Below are positions 28,147-40,528 of a DNA stretch of 64,000 nt, in pieces. The translations under genes and the position numbers were made by a program. The notes beneath the pieces were generated by a model. That model was given only the letters and a program-made list of their open reading frames with translations, ran no database searches and had not been told where the DNA came from. The stretch lies in contig OU015567.1 in assembly GCA_907165135.1 (NCBI GenBank), positions 2,046,001 through 2,110,000 of the forward strand, in the 5' to 3' direction. Position 1 is the stretch's first letter. Each line of letters starts with the position of its first letter. Origin of the DNA: Oikopleura dioica. Taxonomy: Eukaryota; Animalia; Chordata.

Positions 28147-29065
28147 ATGACGACACCGCGAGAAACGGAGCTGCCATTCGGCGGACTAATCCACTTTCCC
28201 GAGTTGGCAAAGTCGCATTTTAAAATCAAGAAGACAGAAGCATTCAAAAAGAATACAACTAACACGGGCGCCTTGCGTCTTCTCTCATTAGACGAGAACA
28301 AAAAAGTCAGGACAGTGTCGGGGAGTACTCTTTACTGGATGGCTGAGAATTATTACCAGGTAAATTGCCAGACAAAACTGGACGTTATTGTCTAAAAAAG
28401 GGCCGCGATAACGCTTTGATCTTCCAAAAATGCCGCTTGCGGCTTTGACCGTACACTAGCCAACGCTGAGTCAGGGTTCTGAATGAGCAAGCTAGAATAC
28501 CAGACTCAGGTTTTGCGGAGAATAGACCCTCTTTTCCGGTTAAGTGCGAGCCAAGAGCTTTTCCTGAGCCCTCTTTATCTTTGGTCCTTAGAGTGTTATA
28601 ACGTCCATCGTTCAGAACTCAACAAAAAGTGCGTTTGACCTTTTCTCAAATCTTCGGTTTATCGTCCTTGTCCGGGATCCGCGCTCACTCGCGGCGTCGC
28701 GCCTTACCCATGCGACCTCCCGCACCGCTCGCAAAGCCAAATTCTTCGATTTTCTCCAGAGTTGGGTTTCAATAATGACTGCTATCACGAAGATGTGCGA
28801 CGAAAACAGGCAAAGATGCTTTTACCTGCGATACGAAGACTTGCTCGAGCGGCCAGGAGCTGTTTTAAAAGCAATTTTATCCACGAAAGCGAGAATAACG
28901 GCTTTGCGGCCCGCAAAGCTTTATGATAACTTGGTAATGAGAGAATTTCCTGAAGAACGAAACGCGACGAAATGGAAGGATTTTGTGCCAGAAGGAACGA
29001 TAGAGAAGCTAAGAGAGCACGAGGAATTGCTACGAAGATTCAGATATCCACTAGGAATGAGTTAG
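28147..29065 (+). CDS. Divergent TPST-like sulfotransferase-fold protein (degenerate 5'-PAPS loop)
   Basis: FSNLRFIVLVRDPRS (3'-PB motif; cf. [16 protein letters not shown] in the neighbouring TPST) and CFYLRYEDLLERP. N-terminal TNTGALRLLSLDENKKVR aligns to [19 protein letters not shown]. Middle exon structure unresolved. Confidence 0.65.
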
Positions 29066-29543
29066 GAATATTTTTTCTAAAATCTTTAGTCATTATTGAC
29101 TTCTAGGCTCGGCAATATGTGAACAAAACTTGGTCAGGGTTTCAAAGAAGCTTGAAAAAGCCTCTACGCAGCTTTCATCTGAAGTTTATTGAAAAGAATC
29201 TGACCATAGGTTGGCAAAACTACGTTGATATTTCCATTTCATTTTCTCAACTCAGAAATAAGACCATTTATCCGATCCAGCGGCAGAGAAAGCAGGAAAC
29301 CCGCTGGATAATATCGAGTCCGAATTTGACCTTTACCAGCTTGAGCCGGAGGCCGCCGTGAACTTTTGAATTCAACCATAGTTTTCTCACCGAATATTGC
29401 CTATTTTCTTTCACTTCTATATCTACCCTTGTCCGGTCTATCCGTAGGTGTTTGTTCTCAACCTGAGTCATTAAAAAAAGACGTGCGAGTCAACAAATGT
29501 CTGACTGAAGCTAAAGGAGCCTGATTTTCAGAGAAATCGTAGT

Positions 29544-31208
29544 ATGAGAATGACCGTACGTCAATTTCTTCCCCAGTTTATTTTCTGGCTCGTCTCCTTA
29601 TCAATTGTTCATCATTATACAAAGGTATTTTCGAAGTTTCAATTTTCATTTAAAAACTTTTTATTCAGGAAAAATGCTTGTCGAGTTCCCTTGCGAAAAA
29701 GAGTGAAAATGACATCATGTGGTATAAAAAGGAAAAGATGCATGCCGGAAAGGTGTATAATCGAGAGACGCCGATTTTGTTCATAGGAGGAATGCCACGA
29801 TCCGGGACGACTCTCATGCGTTCTATGATGGGTAAGACGTTCTTTCAGGAATAGAGTTCGCAAATCATCCTTTTCAGACGCTCATCCGAAAATGAGATGT
29901 GGAGAAGAAACCAGACTTGTTCCTAGATTGCTTGGAATGCGATCGAATTGGTAAGAATTCTAGCTTTTCGCTCGAACTTAAATTTCTCAGGTACAAGTCC
30001 GAAAAAGAAGCAAACAGATTGGAAGAAGCGGGAGTAACTAGAGACGTCGTCGATAGTGCTGTAGCTGAATTCCTGTATGATTTCCCTCGCTTGAACTCGT
30101 GCCGCTAACTCTTGTTTTAGTCTTGAAATCATCGTTAAACACGGAAAACCAGCCGAAAGATTGTGCAACAAAGATCCCTTCACGCTGAAATCGACGAAAT
30201 ACCTGACCGAGCTGTTTCCAAATAGTCGATTTATTCTCATGCTTCGTGATGGTCGAGCGTCTGCGCATTCGATCATTTCTAGAGAAGTCACCATCTCGGG
30301 CTTCGATATTACTTCTTACAGAGATGTCATCACAAAGGTGTGTAAGGAAAAGCTGGTATTTCTGACGGCGATAAAGCCGCTGCTGTTTTTGAATGAAAAA
30401 ACCCCGCTCTTTCTAGTCTTGAAATTTAATTTTTCTAGTGGAACAAAGCTGTTGAAGGAATGTACTATCAGTGCAAAGAAGTCGGCCCCAAGTACTGTCT
30501 CCCAGTTCACTACGAAGATCTTGTTCTGCATCCCCGACCAACGCTCAAGAAAATCCTCGAATTCGCAGATCTGGAATGGAATGAAAATGTCATGGAGCAT
30601 GAGAAACACATGGACGACATTTCGCTATCAGCTGTAGAGAAATCGACTGACCAGGTGAGTGTTTTACCGAGCCATTAGTGACCTGCAGTAGGGGATTTGA
30701 AAACGTGTTGGATTTCTGTAGAATTCATTAATGATATCTGCGGTTGCAGATTGGGAAACAAGATGAGCGGTGCTCGTAGGCCTCAGACAGGGATAACTTT
30801 GTGACTTCATGATGCTTTTTGGCATTCAAGAGGTGTCCTAAGTTGTGTGACATCTTCGACCTTATGATTTTGAAAAGTTACCCTCTCGCTATCATTTTTC
30901 GACCAACCCATAAGATATCGCACTCTCTTATGGTTCCTTTATTCATAATCTTGAATTTGTTATTCAGGTTGTGAAGCCGCTCTACACGGATTCGTTGAAG
31001 AGCTGGGTCGGGCATATTCCAGACGATGTGATGGCTGATCTTCCCAAAATCGCGCCGATGATGAAAACTCTTGGATACGATGTCCATTCAAAAGATCCGC
31101 ATTACGGAAAACCTGATCAAGAAGTTCAGGATAAATACGACGGTAAGTCTCTCTTCTAAAAAGTCTTTCTATTCTTTTTTTCTAGCTTGGCTGAAGACCC
31201 AGAAATAA
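29544..31208 (+). CDS. TPST: Tyrosylprotein sulfotransferase
   Basis: N-terminal TM segment; [19 protein letters not shown]|[58 protein letters not shown]|VVKPL; stop TAA at 31206-31208 after the last intron. Confidence 0.95.
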
Positions 31209-31646
31209 GTCCGATAAGTCCCTTAGAGCCTCTTCTTCAAATCCAAACCTCGGGTTCTTCTGTTATCCTGATTTCAATTTGACGATCGTTCCGAAACTGC
31301 CGACTCCCAGAAAATGTACACATCTATATATTTACCGGCCGTGCTGCAATTTGAAAATGCTCCGTTTGATCACCAATCATAGATTCCCAATATTATCTAC
31401 GTCTTCGAAGAAAAAAATCTGCATTTCAAGTGTTTTGTTATATACAGTGTATATAATACATTCTACATAAAATAGAAACATATTACGAATAAAGATAACT
31501 ATATTTTCAATAAAAGTTCGATTGAGATTCAAGAATCATCAAAAGCGGAGTTGTCTTTTTCAAATTGCTTTTGGCAGAAAATTATTATGACAACAGATGC
31601 ATGACAGGAATGATGGATGTTTTGATGTTTAGTGATGGGTTGATTC

Positions 31647-33736
31647 TCAGGAAGATTTTCTATGCAAGCAGATTGCAAATGCACTATGTTCAAAAAGGTG
31701 AAAAATTCATCAAAACTGAGAAGATGCTTACTTCATTCCGAATTTTCGACCAAGATGAAGCATGTTCAAGTAATAGTATACACCGAGAAGGCGGTTGGGA
31801 TTGTTTTGGCACCATGGAATACCAATTTCATCGTTGTACTCATCTTAGAGGTCGTAAGTTGTCACCTGGGAACCAGGTTCCAAGATTAGAAAATTTTGCC
31901 AATCTGGGAACCTGGTTCCAAGATTCGATTTTATTTCTAATCTGGGAACTAAAGTTCCAAGATTGGAAAAATTTTCGAATCTGGGACCCAAGTTCCCAGG
32001 TGACAACGACGGCCTGCCCTAAAGTCGGTTGCGAATCTTGGAACCTCATTATTTCACTGATTGTGCTGATTCTAGATGCACAATCTCTATTTATGTTATT
32101 ATTTGTTATGAATTTTTCACATCATTGGCTTATTCTGACCATAATTCAATAAAGAACCCTGTTACCTTTACCTTGGAAGACTCGCCCCTTGCGTTTAACT
32201 GTTTTGTATTTTTGTCGAGCGCCCCTTATTAGTGTAAAACACTCATTTCAAATAAAACAAATCTCCCAATAAATGAAACTTGAGACCAATATTAACGTTA
32301 CTAACTTTACAGTCAATGAGCGGGAGTGCGCTCCGCGCCTGTCTTACAGTAAATCTCAGGTTTGACATTGTCAAAACGGGAAAAATGTCATTTTTTTGAA
32401 AAGAAAAGGTTCCAAGATTCACTTCACTGGCCGTCGTTGTCACCTGGGAACTTGGGTCCCAGATTCGAAAATTTTTCCAATCTTGGAACTTAAGTTCCCA
32501 GATTAGAAATAAAATCGAATCTTGGAACCAGGTTCCCAGATTGGTAAATAATTCTAATCTGGGAACCTGGTTCCCAGGTGACAGCATACCACCATCTTAG
32601 AATAAGTAAAAACTTAGTTTCTTGCCGCTATAATTGTACCTGCAAGATAAGCAGTGAGAATTAGAGGACTGAAGGATGTTCTTTTTGCTGTTCGTTTCCA
32701 CTGAGAAGGCATCTCATTTATATGAAATTCAAAAGCTCCTACAGATAAGAATCGAGCGCCTTTCTTGGAACCTTCCATGATATCCGGAAGATTGTCTTCC
32801 GTAATTGATGATATTCCAGAAATGACGCATTCAACTAGATTTCTATCTTTAGATATTGTTGAGCTCACGCTTTAGAACCAAGAATACCTTTAACAAATCG
32901 CATTTCACTTTCTTTTCAATATGAATCACGACTTTACCGCCGTCGAAAACTTTATCAGCCCAGATATATTCAACTTCTCTTCCTTCCGGAGTACCACTAG
33001 CACTATTTTTCAAGCAATCAGTTGGCAATTTTTCATCAAAGAGCTCTTGATTGCACTCTCTGCAAAGGAAAATATGATCTTTTGTAAGTTTTGCTATATC
33101 GAGATCGGGTTGAATTGATTTCCGAATGTCTTCGTTGATTTCAATAAACTCAAACTCTGGTGTGTATTCTGCATAGATCCAATATTTGTAAGTTGCGATT
33201 CTAACAAATTCTGTGACAGGGCTTTGCAACCTGAGAAATACTGCTGAAATTTATTCAGGACATAGACTCAGGTTTCTTAACAGGTTGCCGAGCCCAGCTC
33301 TGGAATGGGCATGATATGACTTGTCTTTTTCTGGAGCAAGGTTGTATTTCGATCCTCACAGAAAGATTTCGCCCCGTCGTATGCTTTAGAAAAATGATAA
33401 TTTGAGACTAGATGAGTTTCTTTCTAAATTCTTGTAATAGTCGTCAAAAAGCTTTGCTTGACTGTCACTCAATGGCATTGGCCTGAAGTGGGGCTCCTCG
33501 TACCCTTCTTCTGCTTTATCTGATAAATCTTTACGGTCGTCTTTAGGGGCATCTTTAATAGATATAATCATGCCGACACGAAATTCTAGGACTTACTGAT
33601 TTTCCAAAAAAAACCAGGATAAGAGGCCAGCTAGCAATTCCAGCACTAGAAAGGCTCTTATTTTCTCTTAAAAAGCTATCAAATCAAACCAAAGCAAAAT
33701 GGCAACGAAAACATAAATTTTCTTCTTCTTGTCCAT
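31647..33736 (-). pseudogene. Copy 1 of a duplicated uncharacterised type II membrane/secreted protein gene, probably degenerate
   Basis: Highly similar to 56387-57807, but with a ~85-bp deletion near 33420 removing an exon end and donor, an apparent +2 frameshift in a T run at ~33610 (could be a sequencing error), and a MITE at the penultimate acceptor. Confidence 0.6.
31851..32592. mobile_element. Foldback/Mutator-like MITE with ~165-bp TIRs and 9-bp TSD
   Basis: TIRs gtcgtaagttgtcacctgggaaccaggttcc... and ...gggaacctggttcccaggtgacagcataccac with internal subrepeats; catcttaga at 31841-31849 and 32593-32601; the paralog at ~56581 shows the empty site. Confidence 0.9.
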
Positions 33737-33861
33737 TTTTTGGTGGAAAGAAAATAATTCGGATTGAAGAGCTACTTTTGAAAGAGTTGTGCTCACTCTT
33801 CCGATGAAAACATGTGTTTTTGAAGTCACTACATTGCTAAGTATAGAAAAATTGTGTCTAC

Positions 33862-33930
33862 GAATGTCCCAAATCACCCCAATGACCCCGAATGTCCCCA
33901 AATGTCCCCAATTATCCGAATGTCCCCATC
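33862..33930. repeat. Short tandem repeat (aatgtcccc-type unit)
   Basis: gaatgtcccaaatcaccccaatgaccccgaatgtccccaaatgtcccc...; lies at the edge of the duplicated block. Confidence 0.6.
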
Positions 33931-34002
33931 ATTTTTGCAAAAAAAAAAGATGAATTTTTTGACCGCGTTTTTTGTATTCGAAGTAACATTTCGCTTAAAA
34001 AA

Positions 34003-37000
34003 TTACAAAATAAGGAAAATGAAGAGAAATAAAGTTGACGCAGTTATTCCAGAGGAACTATTTTGCCGGATAGGCTCTTCGTCGATTGCGATGTTTTTCG
34101 GGTGATAATGATGACAGCGGGGCATGTTTTTTGGCAAGTACGAAAACGGCTTGTTTTCGTCCCTATCCTTGACGAAAAGGGCGACTGCCATTCCCTCGTA
34201 GTTGTGGAAGAGCTGGTGGCAGTGAAAAGGCCAGATTCCAGGATTGTCAGCGCGAATTCTATAACAATAAAATTAATTCTTAACCTGATTGAAAATCCTC
34301 TTACCGGAAGGTAACAAAACCCATTGCAGGAACCAAGACAGTGTTTTTGAGAATGTGGTCGTCGCGATTTGAGCGCTGCGAAGTGAAGATTTCCTCGTCG
34401 AATTCAGCGCGATTGCACTTTATTTGATCGTCCTTGCAAGAAATTGCCGGATGAAGACCTTCGATGAATCCAGTCGTCTGATTCGCCCGTCCGAAGCCGA
34501 TATCAGTGACGACAAATTCGTAACCATGAAGGTGAATCGCATGGTACGTCCACTGCCATCTGCGCACAATATTCAGCAGATTTTCTGCGGCGGTTACTCT
34601 TTAAGCAAAAAAGTAAATTAAATTTAATAAACATACATATAAGAAAGATTTAGCATTGTGACACTCTTATTCAACTACAGAAATAGAAAAAGAAATCTTT
34701 ATCTTTTTCTGCTCGTTTTTACCGAAGCTCCGAAGCAATGAAAAATAAATGGAAAAAAGGACTTGTCCTACCTAAATTCGATAAGCTCTCCCTTCTCCAC
34801 TTCCAAAATTTGAGTACAGTGTCCTCCAGTTTTGAGCGCCTTTTCCGAGCATATTGTGATTCCGGCGCTGTTCGGCCCGTCAAAAAACGGCATTTCTGGA
34901 TATTTGAATTCGATTCCGTTGATTGCCGCCCCGACTGCGAAATTCATGTTGAGATCAATCACCCGATCGGGCTCTTCATTTATAGAAGGAGGCGTTTTCT
35001 CGAGAAGAGACTCATACTCCGGGTCTCGTTTGAAGTCAACCACTGTCACGCAAGTTATCTTTCCGACCTTCTTCGCTGGGCAATTAAGGAGAATTTTGTC
35101 TTCAACTTCATTGTCGGCAGCGAAGATGGAAGGGTAACGAGCCTCAGACTCTGGAAATGCGGCGATCAGTCGATTTTCAATTTTAGAGCCATAGATCGCT
35201 GAATCTCGAACAAAAGTAATCTTTACAAAAGGATTTTCATAATGTCTCGCTTTTTTGCCGACCCCTTCAAAGATAATTTCAGCGAGCAACTCCAGTCTTT
35301 GTTCCTCAAGCGGAAAATCAACTTCTATGTTCAGAGTTTCGCCCACACCCATGAAAATTCCGTCGCCTTCTCGAGGCAGAATTCTTCTCCCATCTGCAGC
35401 ATTAATGATTAATTTTCGATCGTCCGTGGGCCGAATCAATATCGGGTGTTCGAATCCAGCATGAATTGTTTTGAGCTGAACCCTGTTGCTAGTTTGTGAG
35501 ACCAGATACTCCTCCAAGACGCTGAACTCGAACCCAGTTTCTTTTTCGGACGGAAGCCGTCGATATTGACCCCTTCCGTTCGCGAGTATCGAGTCGACAC
35601 AGAGCGAGCTCATCTTCACTCCTGTCAAGAAAGGCTTATCCTCGGTCCGGCAATGCTTCGTTCCCGCACCGGTCATCCGCTTTCCGTTTGTGTTTCCGTA
35701 TCTGTAGGGATCAGTTCCAGCAAGATAAGTCGAGTCAGAATTCCACCAATCGGTCAAAACGAGTGGCATCCAGCTCACTTTATCCTTTTTATCCTCCTCA
35801 TCTAGAACTCAGGGTTCATTACTATCATACGGTTACCATTAAGAGGTTGCACGAAGGCTAGCAAATTATAGCCTGATTGAGTGTCGCGTTTTTACTCACG
35901 AGAAAGAGTTCTCAAGCGTTCTACAACGATCATTTTTCAAAATTCCGACAAAAAATCCGTCTTTTATACCAAGAAAACAAGCAGGTTTTTCCTTTTTTGA
36001 CGAAAATTGTTCTAGATCAGTGTTTGAATAAATGGTGAGGGCGAGCTCACTCATAGAAAAATTCCGGAATTTCCGGTATCTGCGCTCGCGCTCGCTCGCT
36101 CACGAAAAAATCTAAAGGGTCTGCTCGCGCTCGCTCACTCATGTTACAAATCCAGGGCCCTCTGTTCGCGCTCACTTGCTCACGAGAGTTTTGACCATTA
36201 TCTCAAAGACTGTTCTAGATGGCCCGGGTACATTAAAAGTGTTTCCGCTCTTGTTATCGTATTATTTCAATCACGCGTTATTGGGTTAGGGTTAATATTT
36301 CTCTCCAGAGCGATTACAAAATTAATTATCACGATTTTTCGAATTTTTTCCGCTGCAACGGTTGAGTTTTTTTTGATAAATACGTTCTGTCGACCCCTAT
36401 CTACAAAATTGATGATGAAATTTTATCTTATTCCGAAAAAAAAAAACGATTTAAGAGACATTTCAATCAGGCCGACTCGGCGCGTCAAAGCTTTAAAAAT
36501 TGTGCGCTCAAGCCAAGGCAGTAGCTCTATCGTAGGGCTCGCCAGAAAAAAGGCGATGTCAATTCTCTCCTACGAAATGCACCTAAAAATGATTCCCGTT
36601 TTTTCCTGATTAGAATGATATGTTTCTGTCAGGCGTGAGTCTTGGGGAAAAATTCTAGAGCTAGGCCGAAAATCCTGTTTTTGGGACTTCGATCACGTGC
36701 CATGATGTCATTTTATCGGAAATATCAGAGTCTATATACAGTATTTTCCTCTTTTGTTGATCCCATTTTTATGGACATTTTCTTGATTTTAAGGGGTTTT
36801 CGTGGGACACTTTTGCAAGGATAATGTTCCACTTTTGTGGACATTTGTCCAGCTAAGAAAATTTATGAGGAATTAACAGGGTGTATTTTTCAAAAAATAA
36901 GGATGTCTTTTATAAAAAATTAATGGCCTTGACCGTGTTATTGACTAAAAATGGTAAAAAGGCAGAACAAAGTCGTTTTGATGATATAATTTTCCATTTT

Positions 37001-40000
37001 TCGAAGAAAAATTTATCGAAGAAAAATTTTAAGGCTCTACGGCTGGACATTTTTTGAAGACTCTTGCCCATTTTTGTGGACATTTTTATGAAACAATGGG
37101 ATAAAAAATGTCCACAAAAGAGGAAAATAACTGTATAAGAGAGTCTATCGTCTCCTCTTTTCGAGAGAGCGGGCGCGCTTGAGTTGCTTTTAGGCCCCAC
37201 GCGTTCTTTTCTTTTAAGAATTGATCATTTTATGAATCGAAAGGTCAAGTGGTGGCGACATTGACTTTAAGGGGGAATTCCATGTTTTCTGATAAAGTTC
37301 CCATAAATAAATTTTATCTCACAAAACAAAGAAAAGGTTATTTCATGACCATAACGGCAATCTAAGGAACCAAGACAGTGTTTTTGAGAATGTGGTCGTC
37401 GCGATTTGAGCGCTGCGAAGTGAAGATTTCCTCGTCGAATTCAGCGCGATTGCACTTTATTTGATCGTCCTTGCAAGAAATTGCCGGATGAAGACCTTCG
37501 ATGAATCCAGTCGTCTGATTCGCCCGTCCGAAGCCGATATCAGTGACGACAAATTCGTAACCATGAAGGTGAATCGCATGGTACGTCCACTGCCATCTGC
37601 GCACAATATTCAGCAGATTTTCTGCGGCGGTTACTCTTTAAGCAAAAAAGTAAATTAAATTTAATAAACATACATATAAGAAAGATTTAGCATTGTGACA
37701 CTCTTATTCAACTACAGAAATAGAAAAAGAAATCTTTATCTTTTTCTGCTCGTTTTTACCGAAGCTCCGAAGCAATGAAAAATAAATGGAAAAAAAGGAC
37801 TTGTCCTACCTAAATCATTACTATCATACGGTTACCATTAAGAGGTTGCACGAAGGCTAGCAAATTATAGCCTGATTGAGTGTCGCGTTTTTACTCACGA
37901 GAAAGAGTTCTCAAGCGTTCTACAACGATCATTTTTCAAAATTCCGACAAAAAATCCGTCTTTTATACCAAGAAAACAAGCAGGTTTTTCCTTTTTTGAC
38001 GAAAATTGTTCTAGATCAGTGTTTGAATAAATGGTGAGGGCGAGCTCACTCATAGAAAAATTCCGGAATTTCCGGTATCTGCGCTCGCGCTCGCTCGCTC
38101 ACGAAAAAATCTAAAGGGTCTGCTCGCGCTCGCTCACTCATGTTACAAATCCAGGGCCCTCTGTTCGCGCTCACTTGCTCACGAGAGTTTTGACCATTAT
38201 CTCAAAGACTGTTCTAGATGGCCCGGGTACATTAAAAGTGTTTCCGCTCTTGTTATCGTATTATTTCAATCACGCGTTATTGGGTTAGGGTTAATATTTC
38301 TCTCCAGAGCGATTACAAAATTAATTATCACGATTTTTCGAATTTTTCCGCTGCAACGGTTGAGTTTTTGATAAATACGTTCTGTCGACCCCTATCTACA
38401 AAATTGATGATGAAATTTTATCTTATTCCGAAAAAACGATTTAAGAGACATTTCAATCAGGCCGACTCGGCGCGTCAAAGCTTTAAAAATTGTGCGCTCA
38501 AGCCAAGGCAGTAGCTCTATCGTAGGGCTCGCCAGAAAAAGGCGATGTCAATTCTCTCCTACGAAATGCACCTAAAAATGATTCCCGTTTTTTCCTGATT
38601 AGAATGATATGTTTCTGTCAGGCGTGAGTCTTGGGGAAAAATTCTAGAGCTAGGCCGAAAATCCTGTTTTTGGGACTTCGATCACGTGCCATGATGTCAT
38701 TTTATCGGAAATATCAGAGTCTATATACAGTATTTTCCTCTTTTGTTGATCCCATTTTTATGGACATTTTCTTGATTTTAAGGGGTTTTCGTGGGACACT
38801 TTTGCAAGGATAATGTTCCACTTTTGTGGACATTTGTCCAGCTAAGAAAATTTATGAGGAATTAACAGGGTGTATTTTTCAAAAAATAAGGATGTCTTTT
38901 ATAAAAAATTAATGGCCTTGACCGTGTTATTGACTAAAAATGGTAAAAAAGGCAGAACAAAGTCGTTTTGATGATATAATTTTCCATTTTTCGAAGAAAA
39001 ATTTATCGAAGAAAAAATTTTAAGGCTCTACGGCTGGACATTTTTTGAAGACTCTTGCCCATTTTTGTGGACATTTTTATGAAACAATGGGATAAAAAAT
39101 GTCCACAAAAGAGGAAAATAACTGTATAAGAGAGTCTATCGTCTCCTCTTTTTCGAGAGAGCGGGCGCGCTTGAGTTGCTTTTAGGCCCCACGCGTTCTT
39201 TTCTTTTAAGAATTGATCATTTTATGAATCGAAAGGTCAAGTGGTGGCGACATTGACTTTAAGGGGGAATTCCATGTTTTCTGATAAAGTTCCCATAAAT
39301 AAATTTTATCTCACAAAACAAAGAAAAGGTTATTTCATGACCATAACGGCAATCTAAGCGATTGCTTATTTAGTAAAGAACCCTTATCTAAGATTATGAA
39401 AGCTCCATGAAGGCCATCCGCACGTTGAATGATGTAATGCGAGTGATACCAATGTGTTCCCGCATTTTCCGCTTTCATCACATATGTGAACGAGTTGAAA
39501 GCGTCGACAGGGCATTGTGAAAACATTGCGGCGCCATCGTTCCAATAGTTGTCGTATTGATGCAAACCGTGCCAGTGAAGAGAAACTGCGGGAAAAGTTA
39601 GATAGTGGAGACTGTCAAAAGACTTACATGACTCTTCATGCAAGGTGCTTTTCACAGTGATCTTGACAAGTGCCCCTTTGTTGACGACGATGTTCGGCCC
39701 GGGAACTTGCCCGTTGATGGTGATCACTTTGCGCATTTGCTGGCCGTCTAAGAGTAAGAGCTTTTCAAGCTCGTCAAGAGGGTTTTTGGCGCGTCCATTC
39801 TCGTCGATGACGTCGTTGATACCTACATTAATGCCTTCTTGGAAAATGTCGAAATTTTTTTTCGTCGAATTCCATGAAAGCGGAAAATCCCTCATCGCTC
39901 CTTTCGGGTAGCTCCTTTTTTCGCCGAAGTCGCTCGTCCGCCAAGTCTGACTATATCGGTGCTCGATGTTCCAAAAATACTCGCAAACGGAGTCAGTGCA

Positions 40001-40075
40001 AGCCCTGAGACATGGCTCATCGTATTCGCAAATAATTTCTGCCTGAAACAAGGGCAGCAAAAATATAAGAATCAT
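34003..40075 (-). CDS. Three-domain laccase-like multicopper oxidase, signal peptide and probable GPI anchor
   Basis: MILIFLLPLFQA leader (ATG 40075). All four Cu motifs: SLHWHG, THWYHSH, YHAIHLHG, WPFHCHQLFHNYEGM. Domain-2 exon ~35795-34773 (LVLTDWW, ILANGRGQ, AINGIEF). C-terminus SSSGITASTLFLFIFLIL*. Confidence 0.93.
36018..36212. mobile_element. hAT-type MITE
   Basis: Imperfect TIRs cagtgtttgaataaatggtga / tgaccattatctcaaagactg; 8-bp TSD ttctagat (NTCTAGAN pattern) at 36010-36017 and 36213-36220; internal gctcgc repeats. Confidence 0.85.
36739..37133. mobile_element. Tc1/mariner-type MITE
   Basis: TA|cagtattttcctcttttg ... caaaagaggaaaataactg|TA. Confidence 0.8.
38017..38211. mobile_element. 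hAT-type MITE (copy within duplicated block R')
   Basis: Same as 36018-36212, with ttctagat TSD. Confidence 0.85.
38728..39124. mobile_element. Tc1/mariner-type MITE (copy within R')
   Basis: Same as 36739-37133. Confidence 0.8.
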
Positions 40076-40528
40076 TGTGTTCGCGGAATTTGAAATCAAT
40101 TCACTTGCTTATAAAAGCTTATTTTCCGGTGGCGCAGACTTAAAAAGGAAGTCTACTTTTTTATGAAAGCACTTTTCTCTCAGAGTTTTTAATTAAAAAG
40201 AAGTCTATTCTTTATCATTCGAAATTATTTTGGGTTCCTTATTTTGTGTAGTATAAGTCCTAAAGAGGTATTTATCGGCTAGAGTTCTTAAATTATCAAA
40301 AAAAAATACTCTTGGGTTTGGCAAATATCCGGATTTCAAAGGTTTTTAAGATGTGCTTGGTCAAGAACAACAAGGTTCCTATGTTTTTTTTCATCGATAA
40401 AGATCGATAGTGAAAAAAATGATTAAAAATTGACGTTTGTGTGAATGCTTGCGAGATTTTTTCCAAGGGCGGAACCAGCGCATGCCACTGTTATTATTTC
40501 TTATGAAAAATTTTCAACTTTAATTTTA

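Larger units (their letters stand above)
35817..39358. repeat. Intragenic duplication: 1.55-kb block R (35817-37366) repeated as R' (37816-39358), separated by a copy (37367-37815) of 34330-34777
   Basis: Direct sequence identity; the differences I could see are homopolymer lengths. The duplicated insert carries the HAIHLHG exon ending in a junction-created TAG. Confidence 0.9.
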
